Shown: in pieces, positions 53,733 to 64,000 of the stretch | Numbering within the stretch: position 1 is the first letter of the stretch | How the letters are laid out: every line of letters starts with the position of its first letter | From: Azolla caroliniana | Taxonomy: Eukaryota > Plantae > Polypodiophyta | DNA length: 64,000 nucleotides | NCBI GenBank assembly: GCA_043228905.1 | Contig: JBHGNT010000011.1 | Location: 12,834,001 to 12,898,000 of the forward strand | Direction of reading: 5' to 3' | Made by a program: the position numbers and the translations under genes | Notes under the pieces: generated by a model | The model's database searches: none | The model's input: only the letters and a program-made list of their open reading frames with translations | Told to the model about the DNA's origin: nothing

Positions 53733-56700
53733 GGGTGGGGAGGAGGAGGCAGGTGGGGCGAAAACTAAGCCCTAGTAGTTAGATCAAGCAAGAGGCAATG
53801 GTGATGGTTGCATCAGATCAAGGAGAGGTGAAGAATCCACAAGGGAGGAGAACTGTAATGGAATTTGAAGCCACATGATAGGATTGGAGATTTTTGGGGT
53901 GTTGGTGATGGTGTTGGTTATGCTAAACTAAGGGGACAAAGGGGGCAAAAGAAAAAAGCAAAGAAGAGAGGGCATTGGTGTTAGACTTTAGTAAAGGCTT
54001 GCTATCTACCCTTTGTTGTACTCTCCTTGACTGTGTCTATCCACAAGAATGGTCACCATTCCTACATATATATGTATGTATATATTGCACATGAGTTTGT
54101 GTGTTGCCACTCATTGATGCTGATTTGTTAGCCACTTTTAGCCCACTTGCAAGCAACCATCCAAAGACCTTGGTCGATCGGTCCTCCCCCGTGTGGATCC
54201 GTCTCATCCTTGTCTCATGCCGTCGCTTTTTTGTGTTTTATCAACCCCCACCCCCCCCTAGCCGTCCAGTCGACACAAATCGATTCTTCAATGGTTTTGG
54301 GTCTTCATACCCAACTTGCTTGCTTCTATTACAACCCAAATATCTTGGATATGTGTGGCTCGTGTTCGATTTCATTGCCCTCATATCATCAACCCAAGTT
54401 AGCGTTGTGTCGTTTTGGTTCCACATGGCATTCCTTGGCCAAACAAAAAACCAATACTTTATTAACTCGATGCTTGCCTTGTTAGTTCTTAATGAGAGAA
54501 ACAATATGAGATTTACCATCAAAAACTTTGTTGCTTTTTTTAGTAGGTTGTATTGACATATTGATGGCAAGTAGGAATTGTTTCCCTACCCCCTCCCCTG
54601 ATAGGCGGTAATCAACATTACTTTGAGTGCTAAAGCACAATGTGAAAGCATTGACTTTATACACTATAAAAGATATTTTAGACCTCCCATGAATTATTAT
54701 TGTATATACATTTCTTATCTTTATCTTATTGAAATTCTCCCTTGTAGCAATAAAGCATGTGATTTGTAGGTTCATCTCACGGTTTCAAGTCTTAAGCAAT
54801 GTATTTCCCTTTGAGAGGCAATGCTAATAAACTTATTGTCCAACGGATTTCCCTTTCAAGTTTGAGGGTGTGCCATATCATATGGCCTATAGAACTCTAT
54901 TGGCAAAAGAATTTCCTTTCAAGTTTGAGGGCGTGCCTTATCATCTAGTCTATATAGCCTCTTTCGCCATTTTTCTTTCCTTGACTACTCTAGTTGGAAA
55001 AACTAAAAAATGAATCATAATTGGATACTAGCTTGTGATTTTATTAATGGCAAGTTCCTCGCATAATATCTAACTTTGACATTACATGGCACAAATTTAG
55101 TTCCCCATGAGAAAGAAGCGTAGGAATGACGTCCAAATATTGCCTTTTCTTACTAACGTACTTTTGTGGTCATGATCATTGGCACTTTGATTATAACGCG
55201 CTATTCGGTAAAGTTGTGGAGACATTAATGCATCGCAATAGAGTAAAGCAACAAAGTACTACGATGCACAACGTGCATTTTAATAATGTAGCAAAACAAA
55301 AATAAAAGTAAAAATTTAAACCTGTTCATGGTAAATACTTGATCAAAATGACAAATGAAATTAAACAATGGCATGTTAAAAAAGGTTGTCATCTCAACGT
55401 GAGTATCCTCCATAAAGTTTTTTATTTGTACGACAACAGCAACCTACACATGTGGTCATCATGGCTTATGACCTTAGATAATAGCAAGTTAAGCTGTGAT
55501 GTGCATATAGGATGCATGGTATCATTGGGAACAATCCCGTAGCCAGCATAAACGGCAATTTCACTTTATTCATGCAAAATTAGTTTTCTCTATGGCTATG
55601 GGAGTGGAACCTAGTGGAATATGTAATAATGAGAGAAAATGGTAGGTTATTCACGAAAATGAGGGTTAACAATTGAAGCATATTATACCCCAACCAAACT
55701 TTGTGTTGACATATTGACGAATTGTTTAAAAACATTGGATTGCTTGGCATGATGCCATTTCATTTGTTTGAGACATTAGATAAGATGATGGTTTTCCATG
55801 TTTCCATTCCTACAACAAAATGGATTTTTCGAATCATGCAAGGAACACAAGTTGTCCCCCTTCGCCCCCCCAAAAAAAATAAAATTTGAGTGAGATAGTT
55901 GAGAGCTACAATGAAATTTCATTTATGTTGGTCACACTCATTGTGGCACTACATTCTTCAGTAATAATCCAATGGTCTAAGAGATAATTTGCTGGTAAGA
56001 GAATAATCCATTGCCATAACATAAAGGGATTTCAACCGACGTTTGAACTATGCAAGAAACGTGAGTCATTTCTCCCATATGAGTGAGATAATAGGAGGCT
56101 AAGAGATCGTTTCAATTATGTTGGTTGACATTTGCCATGACGTTCTGTTCTTCAATATCAATTCTATCTTATGTTTGACACATATTGATTGAAGGGGAAA
56201 AGCATCCCATTTTAAAAAAATTCAACAAAATGAGTGGGAATATGAGTTTGCCGATTATGGGTTCACAAGAGTAATGAGACTTATTATTACATTAATGTTG
56301 TGTAAATGTATGATTTAAGTGGCAAATGACAAATGGCCAACCATGTCAACGATTGATGGGAGTGTAACGCGGTAGTGGGGGGGGAGGGGTAGGGGGAGAG
56401 ATCTAAGTTCAAATTTAATGCAAAATATTAAAGTTTGCATCAAAAAAGAAAAAATGTTGACAACCTTTGCATTGGAGATGTTAATTTGGTCATAACACAT
56501 GGAACTTATCGTATAACTTATGTCCAGTCATATCAATGCTTTGCTTTTGTTGATTGAAAATTTTATTATATCGAAGAACAATGTTCGACAAAACCTTTCA
56601 TCACACATCAAACTAATTGTGTTGCTCATGTTTGGTCTTTCAAATGCTTTGTTCTTATCGATTCACAAATTTTGCTATATAGAACAATGCTCGAAAAATT

Positions 56701-56825
56701 CTTAGACCAAGCACAACATAGACCATAACATACTAACCACCCCACAACACATTGTGATAGTGTATTATTATGTTGCAGATTATTTGGTTATTTATCACAA
56801 TAAAGCTTTCATCGGTCCATCTTTA

Positions 56826-57500
56826 CTTTTTTTTTTTCCAAAGTAAAGCTACTTTCCCATTAGTTAAGAAGGATTATTACATAGAGTCTATAAGGAGACT
56901 TATACACACATCGGGGAGACTTCCTCCGATCAAGCCAAAGAAGATGAGCCACTTACATTGCCTTGCGGCCTAACTTAATGTAAGAAGCTACCTGTATCCA
57001 AGGCAATGCCCTTCAATGTTGCCTAGTACGAGTCGGCTCTTGGGGCCTACACCGAAGAGAGGGTGGCAGGTGAGTAGGAAACAACCAACGTGGGGGCTGG
57101 TAGTTCCACCTCGGGCCACTCCCGCCTTGCATCACCATAGGTGTGTTCCGCCATTTCTGCCAAAAGCGCAAACGGGCAGTGGTCACGTCGTTGGAGTGGC
57201 TGCAAACCTCTTCTAGTTGCCCTCGTAGGCAGCTGATAAGCGCGAACCATATGTCCATGATCATTTCCTCCGGGGGCCGTACCGTACCTTGGAACGCGCT
57301 TTCCATATATACCACAAGGTGAAACCTGGGATCAACATCCAAATTTCCGGAAACCTAGGGGATGCGGGTTGCAAGCCTCTTTCAAAACGGATCTTGACGA
57401 TTTTGCCTCTCGTGCATACATAGCACCAACTATCCGCGTTGACGGCGTCCGTCCACCCTTTGACCGAGTGATCAATCCATGCCGCAGCACTCCACGAGGC
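56826..57500 (-). mobile_element. 3' end of a LINE (ORF2 tail, 3' UTR, poly(A))
   Basis: Minus ORF 57013-57342 is W/P-rich like plant L1 C-termini, followed by a UTR and a T12 run at about 56827-56838. Boundaries are approximate. Confidence 0.45.
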
Positions 57501-57520
57501 TGGTCCATCTTTACTTATTG

Positions 57521-58395
57521 GCTCCTCCTAATCACATATGGTTCTTGCAGCTTCAATCTTCACATTTCAATAGTAATCATTAGCAAAGAAGCATCTTCTA
57601 TTCACAATTATGTCCATGGAAGTTCGTAACCACATAAAAAAGGCATGACCATAGTCTATAACCATAAGATGACGAAATAAAAGCTTTCCAAAGTAATATA
57701 ATTCAGACATTTTTACGAAAATAAACTCGAAAAGAGTTTGTCTCCCAACAATGGGGGTAGGTCCTTAAACATAGACTTACATTTAGAATATTTAATGATC
57801 CAAAAGGCAAAGGTAGCAAGGGTCCCAAAACATAACTTCTTGATATGCACATATTTACATATGTGGACAAACTAAATCATGAAACTGGAAATGGAAACCT
57901 TACCTAGTATCTCCTGAATTCAATGGTTGGGTCTTCCACGAGTTTTGGTTTTATGGTGGCTCCACCTAATCACATATACTTCTTGCATCTTCAATCTTCA
58001 CATTTCAATAGTAATCATTAGCAAAGAAGCATCTTTTATTCACAATTATGTCCATGGAAGTTACTAACCACATAGAAAAAATTCACCATAGTCTGTAACC
58101 TTAACATGACGAAATAAGAGTTTGCCAAAGTAATATAATTCAGACATTGTCACAAAATTATACTCACAAAGAGTTTGTCTCCCAACTATGGGGGTAGGTC
58201 CTTCAACGTAGACTTACATTTAGAATATTTAGTGATCCCAAAGGCAAAGGTAGCAAGGGTTTCAAAACATAACTCGTTCATATGCACATATTTACATATG
58301 TGGACAAACTAAAACATGAAACTGGAAATGAAAACCTTACCTAGTTTCTCCTGAATTCAATGGTTGGGTCTTCCATGAGTTTTGATTTTGTGGTC
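57521..58395. repeat. Head-to-tail duplication of ~438 bp
   Basis: 57521-57959 aligns along its length with 57960-58395, with scattered substitutions. Confidence 0.92.
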
Positions 58396-60699
58396 AAGCA
58401 TTAAAGAGCATTCCTAGTGTCATCAATGGTGGCTACTATTTTTGTTAAGGGCTCTAGAAAACTTGAACAACCTTGTAGGAAATCTTAAAATTGTTCACAC
58501 ATTGACAAAACCAAACACTACATTATCATATACAGCCTAGTCCACTAATTTCACCATTGTGCGGCGAAGATAAACACTCTCCACAAACAAATACATATGT
58601 ATATCAATCATGAAATATAAAAGCCGACCTAAAAGTTTTAAATTCATAAAGTAAGAAGTTACATTCAATAATTTTCAAGTCATGAAATTTACAAAATAGA
58701 AAGCGAAGAACTTGTTTTGGAACTAAATTCTTTTCATCCATTGTGGGCCATTGCACTTGGTTGCTTGTCCCCAGTGTGTTGCATTTCTTTCACATTTATA
58801 TTTGTGGTTGCTATTCTAAATAAAGAAGTCACAAAGGTAGAGAAAAATGCCAATGAGAATAGGAAGATTGGACATGTAACAGTATCTACTTTACATACGC
58901 ACCAATTCACATACCAAAATGAACCATGCGGTAGAATTTTAATTGTTGCAAAAATGAATGATTTTTTGCTCACTTGTACATTACACTCATTCCATCTCAC
59001 ATCAATATAAATATGATACCTATATATGGAGAATGCAGAACGAGGGAGAGAAGAGTGCGCATGAGCATGGAGAACCTAAGTTGAATGGTTGTCCAAGAAT
59101 AAACTTTTCCACTCCAAGGAAAAAACAACAAGATTAGAGTATGGGTTTGAAATAGTGACATGCACACAAAGCATACACATACTTACACAAAAGGCTTACC
59201 TAGAATGAATCAATGCTCTCTCTCTCTCTCAATTGCTCAACAACTATCTCCCTTGGGCCTCAATACACATGATCTCAAGAATCAAGCTCTCTTTCAATTA
59301 ATTAGTAGTTTTTGAATCCCTAAAATGAGTTGACACTCCTCTCTCTCTCTCCTAATTTCTCAACAACTATATCTCTCAATACACATGATCTTAGAGACAC
59401 GAGCTCTCTTTCAATTAATTAGTGGTTCTTGTGGACATACCCAAGACACTTTGTGTGAAAGCAAAGGTAGTCCAAATTGATATCTGTACATGGTGCAAAG
59501 GTTGATGAGACAATATATAGACATGTTGAAACCTAGGGTCATGGGGAAGCTTACAATAGATGTTTGATGATTGGGAAGAGAGTGCACTCATGTTGTCTAC
59601 GGTTTGTTTTGTCATAGTTTGAGAATGTTTTTTTATTATACATACTTATATTTCTTTGTGTTTTCAGGAAAGAAAAAGTTTTAAAAGTTCTTATTATTAG
59701 AAAATAATATATTTCTCGTCATGTTATCAATATCCTTATCATTTGGTATTTGTCACCGGTGTATATAAATTTTCAATGATTGATTAATTTGTGGCCTAAT
59801 GAATTTTTTATAAATATAGGTTGCACCTTTTTTTATTTTAGATGCATTTTTCCAAACACTTTTAAAAAATTTTATTTACTTTATATTACCATTGTTTGCC
59901 TCGCTTTAGTTGCCAATGGTACTCTTGTGAAAATCAATCCACTCTTTTGATGCATTCTTGGCTCAAGTCATCATCTTATGTTAGTGATTGCCACCTGTTC
60001 ATGAAATTATCTCGATTGTATTTCAATGGTGTACATATGGTCTAAAGATGAATGCGGCATTTCTCCGCAAGTCGTACGATTTTAAAATGTTGCCCCATAC
60101 ACTAGATGAATTTGGGTGTGAAAGCTCACCACAAGTCTTGGGATGCTTTTGAAGAGTTGTTTCAAAAAGAATTCATCATATGGGACGTAGAATCACTATG
60201 GTCATGACTCATGTCAATTGACTTCTTTTCTTTTCTTACTAGGCTACTCATGAGTCACAATTATCACACTTTAATTTCAAAGGCCGAAACATATTGATTT
60301 CTCCTTTTCCCTTAAGTTTAAACACGAGAACAATTTAGGACATCCAAATAATTAATTACCATCGTAACTCCATGTGAAGCCTATTCAAAACTTGTTACCT
60401 TGAACAAACCATACATAACTGGCTACAATTGCCTCCAAATCATTGAATTGTTAACTCTTTCAATATTGTGAAGAAGTGCATAAGTTTAAAAGCCTTGGTC
60501 ACATTTAGAAAGTATGCGGTTTCATAAGTGGTTCAAATAAGGACATATTTAGGTCAAAACCTAGTATCCAAATGCTTTGGAACATGGGAGTAAATGTGCT
60601 AAACTTTTATATGATGCCATATCATGTGAAAGTGATCACCTTGATGTAAATGAATACATTTGTCTTAGGTGATGGTAGGGCACATTTTTGCACGTTGGC

Positions 60700-63100
60700 C
60701 ATCCAAGGGCAACATTCTAGGACCGCATCCGCCTACAAGTAGCGGATGCGGAAGAGTGGTGCATTGGAGGGGATTTTAATATGATCAAATCCATTCACGA
60801 TAGCTCCAACAACACCCCCATAGTTCTACAAGGAAGGGAACGTAAACAATGGGAGAAGCTATGTGTCCACCTTAACCTGCGAGACATCTGGCATTCTGAC
60901 AACTTCCAACGAAAAAGGGATTCTCTCCTATTCTCCCGATCAGACGGGCGGAATAATGGACCCACCCTATCTCACATTGACCGCATTTATGTGGGGGAGG
61001 CTCTAGAAGCGAAGGGAGGGTGGTGTCACATAATGCCAGGCACGACTTTCTCTGACCATTACCCGGTAGCTGGTCATTTTCAATTGCACCGAAAATGGGG
61101 CCCATTCCAGACTCGCATCCCACACACTATTTACACACTTATAGATGTGAAGGACCAACTATCCAACCAATGGTCATTACCCGTCAATGACTCATCAACA
61201 TCTACAAACTTCTAGCTAAACTCACAAGAGCTTCTTCTCTCCTACATGAGATTGTCAAGACTAGAAGCAAGGATGCTCAAGAGAAGGGACAAAGGACAAA
61301 ACGGGGACTAATAGCCTTACAACGACTCCAACAGAGATACACGTCCTGTATTTGGATCACAGGACAAGTCACCACGGCCAAACATGAACTTAGCATGTCG
61401 GAAAAGGAAATATATGACATGGAGTTTCATGGAAGCATGGCGTGATGGATTTGAGTAGGGGACAAAACCACGAAGGAATTCTTCCGCTCCAAAGGCCCGA
61501 GGCACGCTAGAACTGTGATGTGCAGCCTCAACCGAGAGGATGGAACGACCACTGAGGATGATGAAGAAATGAGGAATATTGCCACAAGTTATTATCGATG
61601 CCTACTTACCGAAGACATTATAGCTACAGGGGAAGACATAAGAGGAGATATTATCCTCCAAAGCATACCCGAGAAAGTCACGCCGGAAATAAATACATGG
61701 CTTGTGTGTCCCCTATCAATCATCGAGATACGGGAGGCCCTCACTGATTTAAATGCCGATAGTTGCCCCGGAATCGACGGCCTCACCCCGCACTTTTTCA
61801 CATGCCTTTGGGACACTATTAAACAAGACCTCCTTTAGGCATATGAGGAGATCATCACCTTTGGAAGCATGTCGGAGGAATTTGGACAGGGGATGATACA
61901 TCTCATTCCTAAAAGTGGTGGGAATGCCAATGACATTAGCAAGTGGCGGCCCATAACTCTTCTCAATATTGTCTATAAGTTGCTCGCAAAAATCGTGGCA
62001 CGCCGTTTAACACCACTTCTCCCTCAACTCATTCATCTGTCCCAAACACGATTAGTTAGAAATTGAAGCATCCTAGACAACCTCTTCTCATTCTAGGAAG
62101 CAGTAGCCCTTGCCAAGCGAACCAACAACAAGGTAGCGGTGGTGTTACTAGAGTTTGAGAAAGCATATGACAGGGTATGTTGGAACTTTCTAGAAAGTGT
62201 GATGGGGAAACTCGGCTTTCAAGAGACATGGATCAAAGGCATTGCAGGACTTTATAGGAATGGCAACAATTGCGTTTCATTGGCAGGTGAAAGGGGCCCC
62301 TTTTTCGAATATCCCGATCTGTACGGAAGGGATGCCCACTAACTCCATCCTTATTTCTATTATACGTCGAAGCACTCTTTCGCTTTCTCAACTCGCGGCA
62401 TCTCAACCTACGTGGTCTTCCCGTACCTCATTCTCACCAAAGCATCCTGGATATAGAATTTGCAGATGACACATCAATCTACCTGCAAGGGGACTTGGAA
62501 AACCTCCAAAAGCTAGAAAGTGGGCTAGCTGTATTTTGCAAGAGATCCAACGCCATGATCAATTGGCACAAATCCTGTGCAATATGGCTCTCTCAGGAAA
62601 CACATCCGGCGTGGCACCCACATCCCGCTTTCAAATGGATCAATCAAGGAGCGAGCACCAAATATTTGGGTTTCCAAATTGGTTTCAACATACCTCCAGA
62701 GACTATGATTGCACCCGTTATCCATTCCATTCGACAAAAGTTGATATATTGGAGCTCAAAAAAATTGTCGCTAGTGGGTCGCATCATAGTGGCAAATCAG
62801 ATACTACTCACAACAACATGATACAGTCTATCATGCTGGACAATCTCCAAGGAAAGTATACATCAGATTCAACGACTGGTCTGCAACTACATTTGGTCTA
62901 GTAACGAAGACCATGTAGCTCGCACCAAAGTGGTGTGGCCTATACTCACAACGCCTGAGTCGAGAGGGGGATTGGGTCTTATCGATCCCCTTTCACAATC
63001 GAAAGCCTTACTTGCCAAAATTATGGTGCGAGGACTCCAACCAGGCCTCAAGGGCGGCTCCGAGGGGTTGAAAGACAACGAATAGCCTTCATCCAACAAT
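60700..63100 (+). mobile_element. Degenerate L1 LINE ORF2 (endonuclease plus RT), truncated
   Basis: WCIGGDFNMI, HIDRIY, FSDHYPV (EN); SCPGIDG, WRPITLLN..YKLLAK, LEFEKAYDRV, FADD near 62459, KYLG, LSLVGRI, GGLGL (RT and downstream). Many stops and frameshifts. Confidence 0.92.
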
Positions 63101-64000
63101 GGTCGTCCTCTCCCTTTCTTGAGTCAGTGGGCATCCACATAAGATGGAACTATTGCGTCCCTTTAGGGATTTGTACATAATTGTCTCATTTGTAAAATTT
63201 TATAACTAATGGAAGGAGTTTTGTTTTAGAAAAAAAAGAAAAACCATCATTCCACATTGAGCTCAAATTTGTCGAATAGAAGTCAAAGACAACTCTATTT
63301 GAACATTTCACTTTAGAAATACATGTCAAGATTGTTAAGGAGGGGTTATATTTCAATTTTTTAGGTGTTCATCTGTGCAAAAAGTGAACTCTCAAGTATC
63401 AGCTCACCATTAGGTACAACTTTTGCTATTGACTACTCAAATGTTTCTAGAGTCTAAGCAAAGAGGTTCATGCTTGTCAAGTTACCTCAATTTGTAGCTC
63501 GCGACATTAGGAGCTTATGATTTGTTTATGATTTGTTTTGTATACATTATGTTGACAAGAGAACAAGTGTGGAAGTATTGGGCAATAGAACAAAGCATAC
63601 CTTTCTCAACTAATAGTGCCCATGAACACATAAGTATTGAGTACATGTGGAGTAAGTAAGAGTATAATATTCTCTTTCCAATGGTACAACATTACAAACA
63701 TTAATTTCCATCTTATGCATATGAACCATGTGGATGTGATGCTTTGTTGCTTTGGTTGTATGAGTCATGGCCTTTGTTGCTGACTTCTTAAGCTATCAAA
63801 ACAATATACTCATGCTTATGCATAGTAGCACACATGTGGTGTTAATGGGAGTCCATTGCTTAAAATCATATATATGGGTAAGCAAGACAAGAACGGAAAT
63901 AGAAAATGGACATCAAAAGCATACTGAATTAGGAAGCAACCTTCGTAGATTAGTCTTCATAGATTAGTGGAAAGTTTTAACGATGAATAAGTTAGTTTAA

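Noticed and set aside
50986-53782. Overlapping antisense and alternative-frame ORFs in the kinase gene (and similar ones in E1/E2)
   Set aside because: Expected from high GC content and codon bias; no motifs.
54101-56800. Short ORFs upstream of the kinase
   Set aside because: AT-rich low-complexity translations with no domain similarity; treated as intergenic.

Overview
Eukaryotic, almost certainly non-seed land-plant DNA (bryophyte, lycophyte or fern type retroelements; this is inference). About 1-50 kb is a nested transposon block, followed by one intact intronless G-type lectin S-domain receptor kinase gene (50898-53732, -) and AT-rich intergenic DNA with L1 LINE remnants. Nest A is a decayed Ty1/copia element (7671-8703 plus 26862-26970). 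It carries a young tRNA-Trp-primed Ty3/gypsy element E1 (431-7666, TSD CCGT) and an older minus-strand Athila/Tat-like element E3 (8709-26856, TSD CGACT). E3 in turn carries E2 (8859-15848, E1 family, TSD ACGC) and a non-autonomous relative E4 (16273-~19200). Nest B is a 42-aa-repeat coding remnant interrupted by chromovirus E5 (31419-44470, TSD CTATG), which is interrupted by a near-intact Tcn1-type chromovirus E6 (32155-38089, TSD GGTTT). Five observations stand out. (1) E3 has no polypurine tract but has inward-facing tRNA-Arg 3'-end matches next to both LTRs, suggesting both DNA strands are tRNA-primed. (2) E1 and E2 have a GGAUUUU -1 frameshift site after the protease, with a pseudoknot supported by a compensatory base change. 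(3) The E6 LTR combines two heat-shock-element arrays, a tRNA-like Pol III A/B-box module and Tf1-style 11-nt self-priming. (4) E6 also has a GUUAAAC frameshift site with a pseudoknot. (5) The E1 family has CpG-centred 4-bp target sites. All alignments, counts and folds were done by eye; tRNA identities come from remembered plant tRNA sequences and need checking.
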